A stretch of 36,030 nt of DNA from Bdellovibrionales bacterium (GCA_043739185.1 JAYUEN010000356.1:1-36030), one strand, 5' to 3'; numbered from the stretch's first letter, positions 8,429 through 18,514 are shown. Notes: a model not told the origin generated them from the sequence alone. Program-made: numbers and translations.

Positions 8429-10387
8429 TTATTTGGTTTTCTTCGCCTTGGTATTAAATAACATCGTAACGACGTCTTTTAAATCGGCATTGAGTAAATC
8501 GTTCTTTTTGGCTTTGGTGACCGTGAATTCATGTTTGAGTAAATTGAGCTCTCTTCTGGCTTCGATCAAATCGACATCAAGAGAGACCGCATGTTCAAAA
8601 CTCTTTCGAGCGCTTTCGAGCTCATCATTTGATTTCAGCCAGAGTCCTTTAATGAAATAATAAAGAGCAGAGTGCCGATCCTCTGGCGGAATTTCGCTGA
8701 GCTCAGCTTTTATCCTGGCAAGATTTTCATTGGTAGTTAATGCCGGAGTTTTTAATTTTGCCCAAATAAGTAAAATTCGAAGTTCGATATTAGATGAATT
8801 CAGTTTTGCGGCAGTTTCGAGAATTGAAAGAGCTTTTTTAATTTCGCCTTTTCGTAGAGCGGCTTTACCTTCAATTGTGAGACCCTCGGCCTTCAGGGCA
8901 ACTTCGGCGGTTCCAGTTTCTAATTCGCGCAAATAGGTATCAAGGCTGTCAGGATTCGATAGAGTTTGGTAAGCTTGATTGACCTTTTCAAATGCTGCCG
9001 TGACCAAACTTCTGAGTTCAGCGGGAGTTTTGGGAAGCAGCTTATCAGGATGTAAAACTTTTGCCAAATCAAGATAAGAACGTTTGATCTCTGTCTCTTT
9101 GGCTTTTTTCGAGAGACCCAAGCGCTCAAAGTAATTTTGTCGATCCATCTCCTCATTGATTTTTTCAAAGCGTTTGGTTTGAGCATCAAAATCACGATGT
9201 TTGGTTTGACTTCCAAATGCAATAAGTCTGGTGGTGGTCATAAGGTGAAGGGCTCGGTACGCATAGGCCTCTTGAGTTTCATATTTGGCAATAAGAGACT
9301 GAAGTGTTGTACCTTTATGAAAAACATCATTCACAAAACCAGGTAAGTTATTTATATTGACCAAACTCAGAGCGCGGTGATTTTCTGAGTATTCCGATCC
9401 CTTTACGAAATTATGGTTCATCCAGCTTACATAAAATGCTTTAAGCCATTCTGGTTTTATTTTTGAGAGAATCCAATCGTCTAAGTATTGAATAAACATT
9501 CTTTTTGAAATTTCAACCGCTGGTTTGATATCCTGACTAGGAGTGAAGCTCACTTTAATTGAGGTGTCTTGTATCGTTTTGGCAAGGCGAATTCCTTGCT
9601 GTTCGGCAAGTACAATGCCTACGGCATGTGGGCTTAATAAATTCATTTCAACTAATTTTTCGCCCAAGCGCTTGGTTTGGCTGGGAGCCTTAATGGCTTC
9701 GTCAATTTCGGGAGCGGAAATATAACCGCCTTCAACTAAAAGTGCTCCGAAAAAAGATTCTTGATCGCTCATATCAACTTGTACAATGCTGCCCTTCATA
9801 AAGGTAACTGCTGAGTGTGCACCTTCAGGCGAAACTATACTTAAGATACCGGTCACTTCATCATCTAAAAGTAGGCTATAAACCCAGGGAAGATCATAAC
9901 CATGTACGGTATCAGACTCATTGATTGCCTTGATTCTCTCTTCAGAAGAAATCGTGCTTTGTCCCATCAAATTGTAGACTGGCATCATTCGAACTTCGAC
10001 TTCGTGAGAGGCATTGATTTTTACGTTTATGTGTTTTTTTAAATCATCAAGATTAAAGGGCTTCACCAAATAAGCAAAGGCTCCGGTTTGACGAGTGGAC
10101 TCTTGGATATAGCCTTTGTCTTTGTAAATTCCACTCATCAAGATCACAGGAATATCGCCGCCGCTGTCCGCTCTTAATTTAACCGCAAGATCGCGACCAT
10201 TCATTTTGGGCAACATACAATCTATGATTGCCAAATGAATGGTTTGCATTTTGGTTTGGGGAATTGCATCCAAGGGCTTGGTAACCAGAACAGGAGTGAA
10301 GCCGTCTCGTTTGACCATTTCATAGATGGCCTTGCCAAGGGTTGGATCATCCTCAACAATTAAAATGTTAAATTCCGATCTTTCCAT
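8429..10387 (-). CDS. Response regulator with DUF4388/PATAN-like region, DnaJ J-domain and TPR repeats
   Basis: ILIVEDD..IIDCMLPKMNG..MSG..KPF receiver; FFGALLVEGG..RLGEKLVE region; NYFERLGL..LHPDK J-domain; C-terminal TPR-like helices. Start placed at MERSEF. Confidence 0.85.
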   Translation of the reverse strand: MERSEFNILIVEDDPTLGKAIYEMVKRDGFTPVLVTKPLDAIPQTKMQTIHLAIIDCMLPKMNGRDLAVKLRADSGGDIPVILMSGIYKDKGYIQESTRQTGAFAYLVKPFNLDDLKKHINVKINASHEVEVRMMPVYNLMGQSTISSEERIKAINESDTVHGYDLPWVYSLLLDDEVTGILSIVSPEGAHSAVTFMKGSIVQVDMSDQESFFGALLVEGGYISAPEIDEAIKAPSQTKRLGEKLVEMNLLSPHAVGIVLAEQQGIRLAKTIQDTSIKVSFTPSQDIKPAVEISKRMFIQYLDDWILSKIKPEWLKAFYVSWMNHNFVKGSEYSENHRALSLVNINNLPGFVNDVFHKGTTLQSLIAKYETQEAYAYRALHLMTTTRLIAFGSQTKHRDFDAQTKRFEKINEEMDRQNYFERLGLSKKAKETEIKRSYLDLAKVLHPDKLLPKTPAELRSLVTAAFEKVNQAYQTLSNPDSLDTYLRELETGTAEVALKAEGLTIEGKAALRKGEIKKALSILETAAKLNSSNIELRILLIWAKLKTPALTTNENLARIKAELSEIPPEDRHSALYYFIKGLWLKSNDELESARKSFEHAVSLDVDLIEARRELNLLKHEFTVTKAKKNDLLNADLKDVVTMLFNTKAKKTK

Positions 10388-10394
10388 ATAATTC

Positions 10395-10423
10395 TGATCG
10401 GCTTTATAGCGCAAAGGACTTAG
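10395..10423 (-). promoter_or_regulatory. Putative sigma28/FliA-type promoter
   Basis: Minus strand CTAAG-N16-GCCGATCA, 7 nt upstream of ATG 10387. Confidence 0.4.
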
Positions 10424-10670
10424 TGAATTCACATTGTAAGGCTTAAGAAAAAGTGTCCTATTTTTGCCCAAACTAGACCTTAGTAGCGGCCACATCAAAT
10501 TGCTGATCAATGTTATGCAATCTTGTTCATTAAATTGTCGGTTTTTTTAGATTCTGCAGAGAAGTCGCGCGCCGCTTCCCAGTAGCCACTAAGCTCGACC
10601 TTGAGGCTGTACTCAAACTGATTTATCGGTTATGATTAGACTTTAGCTTGAACACTTACTGGGGGACAAA

Positions 10671-10997
10671 ATGGGAACAAATACTTTTGCAACAACCGAT
10701 GACAACTTTGAAAAAGACGTCTTAAAATCAGACACTCCGGTACTTGTTGATTTTTGGGCCGAGTGGTGTGGTCCATGCAAAGCTCTTGCTCCAAAATTAG
10801 AAGAAATTGCGACTGAATATTCCGGAAAAGTTAAAATCATAAAAGTAAACGTGGATGAAAACCAAAATGCGCCTGCAACTTACGGAGTGCGCGGAATTCC
10901 TACTATGATTTTGTTTAAGGGTGGCAAGCAAGTTGAGCAAATCGTCGGTAATCACCCTAAAGACAATATCGTAAGTGTGATTAGCAAGCATTTTTAA
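10671..10997 (+). CDS. trxA: Thioredoxin
   Basis: DFWAEWCGPCK, GIPT; GGGGGA RBS. Confidence 0.96.
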   Translation: MGTNTFATTDDNFEKDVLKSDTPVLVDFWAEWCGPCKALAPKLEEIATEYSGKVKIIKVNVDENQNAPATYGVRGIPTMILFKGGKQVEQIVGNHPKDNIVSVISKHF

Positions 10998-11024
10998 TTC
11001 ATTAAAAATTGCCTCGAACAAGCA

Positions 11025-11144
11025 TTGGCCCCTGATGATAAGAGATGAATTAGTCGTAGGTTCAAGGCAAGATCTTTAAGTGGGCGCCCATCTGCGAGTT
11101 TGAAGAGTTGAGCTCGATCCAATAGTTAAAAAAACAAGGGCCAA
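11025..11144. repeat. Imperfect ~120-nt foldback element
   Basis: TTGGCCCCTG/CAAGGGCCAA terminal IR (9/10), inner TTCAAG/TTTGAA, and a perfect palindrome TGGGCGCCCA at the centre. Confidence 0.45.
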
Positions 11145-11216
11145 GCCGATTTTCCAAAAAAAATGCACAGCTTGTAAATAATGGACTCGCCAAAATGTAC
11201 CTGCTACATTTTGGAG

Positions 11217-11870
11217 ATGCACGCAGTCATCCTTCAACATACAGAATCTAGCCCCCCGGGCTCGAGCATCGAATGGTTAAAAAGTCGAAAAATCTCTTAT
11301 GAAATACTTTGGTCAGAAAAAATATTAAATTGGCCGCCTCTTGATAACTTTGAGCTACTCATTGTATGTGGTGGAGAAATGAATGTGGATGAAGAGGCCC
11401 TCTATCCTTGGCTGAAAGCGGAAAAGAAATTTTTAAAGTCAGCTATTTTAAAAAAGAAAAAGATCATGGGGCTCTGTCTCGGAGCCCAGTTACTGGCTGA
11501 AGTTTTGGGCGCAGAAGTAAAAAAACATCCTGCTTGGGAGTTCGGTTGGCACGAAGTGAATTTGCAAAATCAAAAACTGACAGTTTTTGAGTATCATGCT
11601 TATTCCTTTTCGCTACCTCTAAATGCGAAAAGAATTGCCTCAAATGTGCAGTGCTCTGAACAGGCGTTTAGCATTGATGATCATATCATTGGCTGCCAGT
11701 TTCATCCGGAAATTACATCTACTATGGCTGCTGATTTCGCTAGTGGGGAAGGGCTTCCGACCACTGGATTTTCTCAGTCTTCAAGACAAATTCTAGACGG
11801 AATTGCTCTTTATCAAACTGGTGTTCAAGTATGGTACTTTGAGCAGCTGGATCAACTAATCGACGCTTAG
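11217..11870 (+). CDS. Type 1 glutamine amidotransferase (GMP-synthase-like, stand-alone)
   Basis: GGEMN, GLCLGAQLL nucleophile elbow, QFHPE. Confidence 0.88.
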   Translation: MHAVILQHTESSPPGSSIEWLKSRKISYEILWSEKILNWPPLDNFELLIVCGGEMNVDEEALYPWLKAEKKFLKSAILKKKKIMGLCLGAQLLAEVLGAEVKKHPAWEFGWHEVNLQNQKLTVFEYHAYSFSLPLNAKRIASNVQCSEQAFSIDDHIIGCQFHPEITSTMAADFASGEGLPTTGFSQSSRQILDGIALYQTGVQVWYFEQLDQLIDA

Positions 11871-12991
11871 AACAAAAATTTTCGATAGGCGACACTGCTG
11901 ATGAGTCCAAGTCCGGTCATGGTGGTGAGCATACTTGATCCGCCATAACTAATCAGCGGTAGAGGAATACCCACAATTGGCAGCAGGCCAATGACCATTC
12001 CGATATTAATGAACATATGCCAGAACAAAATAGCTAAAATTCCGATGACGATAATGGCCCCAGCTTTTTCCCTCGCCTGCGAGGCGATTCGCGTTCCGAG
12101 AGTGAATAGCCTTGCAAAAAAAACAATGGTTATGAGGCTGCCGATTAAGCCAAATTCCTCACTCAAGACGCTAAAGATAAAATCTGTATGACGTTCTGGT
12201 AAAAATTCAAGTTGTGACTGTGTGCCTTTTCGAAAACCTTTGCCAAAGAGTCTACCGCTACCAACGGCAATTCGCGATTGAATAGAATTGTAACCTGCGC
12301 CCCGAGGGTCTCGCATTGGTGATATAAAAGTATAAACGCGGTTTTTTTGATATTCTTTCAAGCCAAAAAACCAAGCGCAGGGAAGGGCAATGGCAAGGGC
12401 CAATCCCACTGTCAAAAGAATCTTGGTCTTAATGCGAATGAAAAACAAGATTGAACCACCAATAATTATTAACATCAAAGCCGTACCCAAATCAGGTTGG
12501 GCCGCGGTAATTGCGAAAGGAACACCAACAAGAAGTGCGGGGACAAACATATCTTTAATTCCCATTCCGATAGGATAGGATTTGCGGCTCATGACTCTTG
12601 CCAAAACCAAAACCACAGAGAGTTTCATGGTCTCTGAGGGTTGGTACATAAAGAAACCTAAGTCGAGCCAGCGCTGTGCACCTAGGGCCACCTTTCCGAA
12701 GGCAATGACGGCTACGAGAGCAAATAAATTCAGGCCGTACAAGATGTAAGCCATCCGCAAAAAAAGCTGATAGTCAAAAAGAGTCACAACAAAATAAAGT
12801 AACCAACTTACGCTCAACCAAAAAATTTGCGACATAAACAAACGGTTCACACTGCCGGCAACGGCGCCGTGGGTCGCTGAGAAAAGCACGACCAATCCGA
12901 TTACATTGAGGGCAAAGATTACTCCCGCTAAATTCCAATCGATACGGCGTAAAAAGGTTCGCTCTTCAACCTGTAAGCTCATCGAACTCAT
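11867..12991 (-). CDS. rodA: Rod shape-determining protein RodA
   Basis: GAQRWL, QPSE, QPDLGT, FLPERHTDFIF, GIPLPLISYGGSS; follows PBP2. Confidence 0.95.
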   Translation of the reverse strand: MSSMSLQVEERTFLRRIDWNLAGVIFALNVIGLVVLFSATHGAVAGSVNRLFMSQIFWLSVSWLLYFVVTLFDYQLFLRMAYILYGLNLFALVAVIAFGKVALGAQRWLDLGFFMYQPSETMKLSVVLVLARVMSRKSYPIGMGIKDMFVPALLVGVPFAITAAQPDLGTALMLIIIGGSILFFIRIKTKILLTVGLALAIALPCAWFFGLKEYQKNRVYTFISPMRDPRGAGYNSIQSRIAVGSGRLFGKGFRKGTQSQLEFLPERHTDFIFSVLSEEFGLIGSLITIVFFARLFTLGTRIASQAREKAGAIIVIGILAILFWHMFINIGMVIGLLPIVGIPLPLISYGGSSMLTTMTGLGLISSVAYRKFLF

Positions 12992-14985
12992 TCGCCCTCT
13001 AATTCTTCTGCTGGTTTCACTTCTTTGAGTTCAGCAGTAATTCGCTTTTTCTGGACGTCGTCGCCCAACCATTCCGGATGATATTTGGTTACCCAAGCTC
13101 GAACCACCTCACGAGCTACTGGCGCAGCTCTTGATCCGTGACAGGCATGTTCGGCCAAAATACCGAATGCTATTTCAGGTTTATCGGCAGGAGCATAACC
13201 AATAAACCAACCGTGATGTCGTTGATGCCGAGGTCGGGATTCACAATTGATATAAATTTGGTCGGCCGAGAAACTCATCACTTGAGATGTTCCGGTTTTG
13301 CCGGCCATTTCAATAAATGAGAGTTTGCTAGCTCGAGCAGTGCCATGAGCCCCATTGACTACGAGTCTCATGCCTTCACGAACGGTATCAAAAACTTTTA
13401 CATCTATGACGGCATCATTCGGATTTTTACCTGGCTGAGATAAATCTCGAATAACTGTGGGTTCAAACTCCTTGATCACCCGGTTTTCAGGGGTCAGAAT
13501 TTTTTTCACCAAGAAGGGTTTAACAAGTTGGCCGCGAGTACCAATAGCATTATAAGCAATCGCCATTTGCAAAGGGGTGGTCAGTACGAAGCCCTGTCCG
13601 ATGGCATTACTTAAATTTTCACCTGGTTGCCATTCCTCACCTATGGTGTCTAACTTCCATTGAGAATTGGGCATAAGTCCTGCGGCTTCGCCATTGAGGT
13701 CTATCCCAGTTTTGTGCCCGATACCGAGTGCATCGATAAAGCGAAACATCTTATCAATTCCGAGGGCAATTCCCATTTTATAAAAAAAGATATTGGCACT
13801 TTGTTCTATCGCTTGCGTAATGACGAGATCCCCGTGACCTCCGCGAATCGTATCGTGATAAGGACGATTGCCGAACTTCATGACCCCAGGGCAAGAGACG
13901 ATAGTAGAGGGCGTGACAACTTTTTCGCACAAAGCAGCTACCGCAACTAAGGGCTTAAAAGTAGAGCCAGGGGAATTATGATCTTGCAGGACTTTGTTGC
14001 GCAGAGGCTTATCGGGATCATTAACTAATTTTGACCAAATTTCAGCCGAAATACCGGTCGAAAATTCATTTGGATCAAAACTTGGATTGTTGATCATAGC
14101 GAGAACTTCACCATTGGTGCGCATCACCACGGCGCCACCGGTATAACCTGTATTTAAAAATCCGCGGTAAGCAGCCTCTTGGATATCACGATCAATGGTT
14201 ATAATGAGATTGTGTCCGGGGACGGCATCTTGCGTGCCCGCCATAGTTCCTAAAAAACTCGGAGTTTCGCTTTGAGCCTCACGGCCTCTGGCATCGACTT
14301 GCATCATCGAAACTCCATCGCGGCCTCTTAAATAGCGATCCAGATATTCTTCAAGACCACTTTTACCTATGATATCACCTTGCTGAAATTTATAAATGCC
14401 CTTAAATTTTTCATTCAAAATCGGCAGTTGCTTTTTTGAAATCTCACCTACATAGCCAAACAATTGCGCGCCATTTTCACGTAGAGGATAACTGCGAAAG
14501 ACGGCCTCTTTGATGTCCACACCTGAGTAATCTAACTTTAAAAGTTCGAGAGAAAAGATTTCTTCGCGCGAGAGATTGTCTTTAATTCGAACCGCACGAA
14601 ATGGTCCGTTGAGGCGTTTACTCTTTTGAACCAAAGCCACAATATTTGCCGCCGGAATTTTCAGCGCCCGAGACAATGCGCCTGCAACTTCATCGAGATT
14701 GGTAATATATTGTGGGGCAATTGAGGCTTCAAAGCCTGGTAGATTCTCGACTAAGATTTGCCCGTTGCGATCGTATATGATCCCCCTTGGAGCCGCGATC
14801 TTGGTTTCTTTAATCGAGTTTTGCTCGGAAAACTGTCTGAGTTCGGCACCATTTATAATTTGCAAATACCACAATCTGGTTGCAAAGACGACCGTGGTGA
14901 AAATGATCAGGCCGTAAACCAGTCGGTAGCGAGAAGCATACTCTCTGGCTTCTTGTTCATTGCTGGCAACATAATTATTTGCCAT
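12988..14985 (-). CDS. mrdA: Penicillin-binding protein 2
   Basis: APRGIIYDRNG, GSTFK (SxxK), SAN (SxN), KTGT; TGATG coupling to mreD. Confidence 0.94.
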   Translation of the reverse strand: MANNYVASNEQEAREYASRYRLVYGLIIFTTVVFATRLWYLQIINGAELRQFSEQNSIKETKIAAPRGIIYDRNGQILVENLPGFEASIAPQYITNLDEVAGALSRALKIPAANIVALVQKSKRLNGPFRAVRIKDNLSREEIFSLELLKLDYSGVDIKEAVFRSYPLRENGAQLFGYVGEISKKQLPILNEKFKGIYKFQQGDIIGKSGLEEYLDRYLRGRDGVSMMQVDARGREAQSETPSFLGTMAGTQDAVPGHNLIITIDRDIQEAAYRGFLNTGYTGGAVVMRTNGEVLAMINNPSFDPNEFSTGISAEIWSKLVNDPDKPLRNKVLQDHNSPGSTFKPLVAVAALCEKVVTPSTIVSCPGVMKFGNRPYHDTIRGGHGDLVITQAIEQSANIFFYKMGIALGIDKMFRFIDALGIGHKTGIDLNGEAAGLMPNSQWKLDTIGEEWQPGENLSNAIGQGFVLTTPLQMAIAYNAIGTRGQLVKPFLVKKILTPENRVIKEFEPTVIRDLSQPGKNPNDAVIDVKVFDTVREGMRLVVNGAHGTARASKLSFIEMAGKTGTSQVMSFSADQIYINCESRPRHQRHHGWFIGYAPADKPEIAFGILAEHACHGSRAAPVAREVVRAWVTKYHPEWLGDDVQKKRITAELKEVKPAEELEGE

Positions 14986-15521
14986 CAAACCACCTTGCCA
15001 GTGCTCTCGACACTCTCTCTGCCGAAGACTTCATCGATCCAAACAAAGGCGCGAAAGAACAAGGGCGCAATCAGTGCTGTCAACATTGCCTCAATGATCC
15101 AATCTAAAAAATAGGGAGCAAAAAATTGTTTTTCCTCTAAAATCATGGCGGCTATCCATTTAAACAAATGAAAGAAAAAGCCAGAGAGACCGCAGATGAG
15201 CATTGAATAGGTATAGCTTGACCAGTAAATGCGTTCTTTGAAAATTCGCGCACTCACGCCTAAGACCAAGCTGCTCGCTAGCATCACGCCCTCTGAAACG
15301 CTTGTCATAGTAGATAGTACTGCCGCGATTAAAATAATTGTAATTAGCATTTCAACTGCACTTCGGTGAATCGAAATATAAACCAGTGCCGGAATCCAGA
15401 GCGCTGGGGCCGGAAAGTAGCCTGCGATTTGAAACCAAAGTGAGGTCTGAAGGCTCGCTGCTACCAAAGCAAAAAACAAAAAGCAAAAAACATTGGAGTA
15501 GAGTAAGAAGCGTTCTTTCAA
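14985..15521 (-). CDS. mreD: Rod shape-determining protein MreD
   Basis: 178-aa multi-TM protein between mreC and mrdA (call is largely positional). Confidence 0.75.
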   Translation of the reverse strand: MKERFLLYSNVFCFLFFALVAASLQTSLWFQIAGYFPAPALWIPALVYISIHRSAVEMLITIILIAAVLSTMTSVSEGVMLASSLVLGVSARIFKERIYWSSYTYSMLICGLSGFFFHLFKWIAAMILEEKQFFAPYFLDWIIEAMLTALIAPLFFRAFVWIDEVFGRESVESTGKVV

Positions 15522-15522
15522 A

Positions 15523-16533
15523 TCACTCTCCCTGACGTACGGGCGAAGGATCGTTGATCGAATTGATATTTGCTTTCGGCAATTCTACTTTTTCTTGTGG
15601 TGATGCGGCTTGTATCTTTGAGGTATCGAGGCGCGGCGTTCCTGAAGAGTAGCCAACAAGTTTTGAAAGCAGGGGTGGACCAAAATCACCCGTACTATAT
15701 TTATTTGAGAAGTCTTCGTTGCCAGAATCTAAGACCACAAGAATTTCTTCAAGATTCGAAGGATTGACTATCGGAACGACCTCGGCTTCTTGACTGATGC
15801 CAAATTCGGTTTTGCGAACACTATTGATTTTGCCAATCGGAAAGCCTTTAGGGAAAATACCTTGAAGGCCACTGGTCACCACAAGATCACCAACTTTGAC
15901 GTCATCTGCGCGTTCGAGATATCTCAATCGACATAATGATTTGGTTTTTCCTTGTACAAGACCGCGAGCGCGCGTGCTTTGAACAATGCCGTCAATACTT
16001 GCAGCCCGATCTGTGACCAGGAGCACTTGTGAAGAATAGGCCTCAGGCTTAAAGACATAGCCGACCACTCCTTCAACTGTTATTACAGCTTGCAATTTTC
16101 GGAGGCCGTCTTGAAAGCCACGATTGATGCGGATCGAGTAATGATCGGGGGAAAGATCCCGGGAAATAACTCGGGCCGCAATCGTTTTCATTTTGCTTTT
16201 TTGTTTGAAGTCTAAAATCTTATTGAGTCTCTGATTTTCAAGTTTGAGTTCAGTCAGAGCGCCAAGTTCGGCATGAAGCTCTTCATTTTCTTTTAGTAAA
16301 CTAGCATTGTACTTTTTGATCCCTACTAACTTCAAATAAGTCGATGTGGTGCCGCGAATTTCACTGGTAAAACTTGAATATGAGTTTTGCAAGGCGCCAA
16401 CCATTATACTCAGCGGTTTTCGGTACCAAGCCTCGTCTCCTGGGCCTCTTTGCATATTCACCGAAAGAAAGGGCAACGCAATAATGACCAAGATGATCGC
16501 CATTTTGCGTAAATCAAATGCAAAAAAGTTCAA
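15523..16533 (-). CDS. mreC: Rod shape-determining protein MreC
   Basis: TM plus coiled coil (ENQRL), GDLVVTSGLQGIFPKGFPIG; TTG start after AAGGAG. Confidence 0.93.
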   Translation of the reverse strand: MNFFAFDLRKMAIILVIIALPFLSVNMQRGPGDEAWYRKPLSIMVGALQNSYSSFTSEIRGTTSTYLKLVGIKKYNASLLKENEELHAELGALTELKLENQRLNKILDFKQKSKMKTIAARVISRDLSPDHYSIRINRGFQDGLRKLQAVITVEGVVGYVFKPEAYSSQVLLVTDRAASIDGIVQSTRARGLVQGKTKSLCRLRYLERADDVKVGDLVVTSGLQGIFPKGFPIGKINSVRKTEFGISQEAEVVPIVNPSNLEEILVVLDSGNEDFSNKYSTGDFGPPLLSKLVGYSSGTPRLDTSKIQAASPQEKVELPKANINSINDPSPVRQGE

Positions 16534-16695
16534 GTTGAGAATCTCCTTTTAGCTCCAAGTGAGTCGTACGATGCAGCTTCAGGTCACAGGCTAGCAAAGC
16601 TCTTTGCTCTTTCCAAGAAATCTCCTTGAAAAAAATCAGATTTCTTGCAGATAATGGTGAGCTTTCAAAAAGCTTCAGCCAACAAAGGATAAAAA

Positions 16696-18306
16696 ATGTT
16701 TGATGAGTTAAAGCATAGTGGTCGAAACACACGCACCAAAATTATCACTTGGGCCATTTTTGGCGCGATTATTTTAGTTTTCATTTTATGGGGACTTTCT
16801 CCTCGAGGCGGCAGCAGCATGATGGGAACGGGTGGGGGAGTTGCGCACGTCAATTCCACAACGATTTCGGTTCGTGATTTAAATGATGCGGTTACTCAGA
16901 TGGAGCAGAATATGCAAGGCAGCCCTTACGCTTCCTTTTTTCAAGGTGAAGCGGGGCGCCAGCGAATGCAAGAAATGGCATTGAATCAGCTTGTTCAAAG
17001 CGAATTGGTTTATCAGGCCTGCGTTGCGAATCAATTGGTGTCTTCTGATCTTGCGATTGCTGAAATTATCCGCAATGCGCCGATTTTTAATGAAAATGGT
17101 AAGTTTCAGCGAGATCGGTATATGAACTATATTGAAAATATGAGAACGACGCCTAGTGAATTTGAAGAAAAACTCAGGCGCGGCTCAATTTCTCAAGATG
17201 CGCAAAGATTTTTCGCCTCTGCATTACGAGCGACCCCGCAAGAGGTCAAGAGGCAGATCGATCTAAGAGATCTACAGGCCGATGTCGACTATGTTGAGCT
17301 TCAAACGAACAAATTAGCAAGTGCGGATCAAATGAGTGCCGAAGAAGTGAAGGCTTTCACAGCCCAGGCCGATTCTGAAAAGAAAATGAAGGACTATTAC
17401 TCAACTCACTCGTCAGAATTCAATTCGGAAGAAAAAATTCGTGCCCGTCATATATTATTGAAATTTGATCCAAAAAATTCAGATTCGGTAAAAGCGGCTG
17501 AGAAAAAAGCTCTGGACTTGCTTGCACAAATTAAAAAAGGGGCAGGTTTCGGAAGAATTGCAGAAGAAAATAGCGATGATCCCGGTTCAAAAACTAAGGG
17601 TGGCGAGCTTGAAGCTTTCACCCGCGGAAAAATGGTTCCAGAATTTGAAAAGGTCGCATTCTCATTAAAAGTGAATACCTTGAGTGATTTGGTTAAAACC
17701 CAGTACGGATATCATATCATTGAAGTTTTAGAGAAAATTCCGAAGGCGACTACGAATTTTGAAACGGCTAAGAATTCAATTGCTAAAAATTTGGCAGCTG
17801 AAAAGAAAACTGAGTCAATGATGGGTGAGATTCGAGAACTTCTCAAGAAATCTGATTTAGGAGGGATTGAAAAATTCGTGAGCGCTCACAAATTGAAATG
17901 GGAAAGCACAGGGCCTTTTGCGATCACCGTAACCAGTTTACCAAAAATTGGTAATAATGATGAATTTGCAAAAACCGGTTTTAGATTGTCAGCTAAGGCG
18001 CCACTGGCTCAAGAACTTGTGAGACAAGGGGACAAGGCCTATATCATTAAATACAAAGAAGTTGATAAAGCTGCAGCTGCAAAAGCGGCGAGTAAAGAAA
18101 CTGCTAAAAATTCGAAGCTCGCAAAAAATAAGAAAGGCGAAACTGAAGCAAAATTTGAATCGCCTGAGGAATTGGCTAAGAATATTTCATATCAGCGTAG
18201 TCAGGATGCTTTTCAAGGCTGGATAGAAAGCGTTCGAAAGAGTTCACGTGTTGAAATGAGTAAAAACTTTGCGGCGTCTCAAAGTGAAGCACCCGAAGAT
18301 CTCTAA
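16696..18306 (+). CDS. ppiD: PpiD-like periplasmic chaperone (SurA N-terminal plus parvulin rotamase)
   Basis: N-terminal TM, IRARHILL, SDDPGSKTKGGEL, KTQYGYHII. Confidence 0.85.
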   Translation: MFDELKHSGRNTRTKIITWAIFGAIILVFILWGLSPRGGSSMMGTGGGVAHVNSTTISVRDLNDAVTQMEQNMQGSPYASFFQGEAGRQRMQEMALNQLVQSELVYQACVANQLVSSDLAIAEIIRNAPIFNENGKFQRDRYMNYIENMRTTPSEFEEKLRRGSISQDAQRFFASALRATPQEVKRQIDLRDLQADVDYVELQTNKLASADQMSAEEVKAFTAQADSEKKMKDYYSTHSSEFNSEEKIRARHILLKFDPKNSDSVKAAEKKALDLLAQIKKGAGFGRIAEENSDDPGSKTKGGELEAFTRGKMVPEFEKVAFSLKVNTLSDLVKTQYGYHIIEVLEKIPKATTNFETAKNSIAKNLAAEKKTESMMGEIRELLKKSDLGGIEKFVSAHKLKWESTGPFAITVTSLPKIGNNDEFAKTGFRLSAKAPLAQELVRQGDKAYIIKYKEVDKAAAAKAASKETAKNSKLAKNKKGETEAKFESPEELAKNISYQRSQDAFQGWIESVRKSSRVEMSKNFAASQSEAPEDL

Positions 18307-18353
18307 AAATGAGATTGCAATAGGTTTTTGCCATCTGCATTTTAGCGTTTCAT

Positions 18354-18380
18354 ATGGCCTCAAAGTGAGGCCATTTTTGT
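18354..18380 (+). terminator. Rho-independent terminator after ppiD
   Basis: ATGGCCTCA-AAG-TGAGGCCAT followed by TTTTGT. Confidence 0.75.
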
Positions 18381-18417
18381 CTCTGTTTTGAACTATCAAA
18401 AAATTAACCATATTTAC

Positions 18418-18444
18418 TTAAGTTCCCCGACCTTTGTCCGAAAA
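18418..18444 (+). promoter_or_regulatory. Putative sigma28/FliA-type promoter for the protease gene
   Basis: TTAA-N15-TCCGAAAA versus consensus TAAA-N15-GCCGATAA. Confidence 0.35.
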
Positions 18445-18514
18445 GTTGAATGGACATCGTGAGTAGTTAAACCGCTATTCATCAAGCCCAGGCTCAATTC
18501 TAGGGGGTCAGTCA

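Noticed and set aside
8192..8461. ORFs 8192..8422(-) and 8270..8461(+)
   Set aside because: They run through the inverted repeat, have TTG starts without RBS, and are not conserved in the paralogous repeat copy
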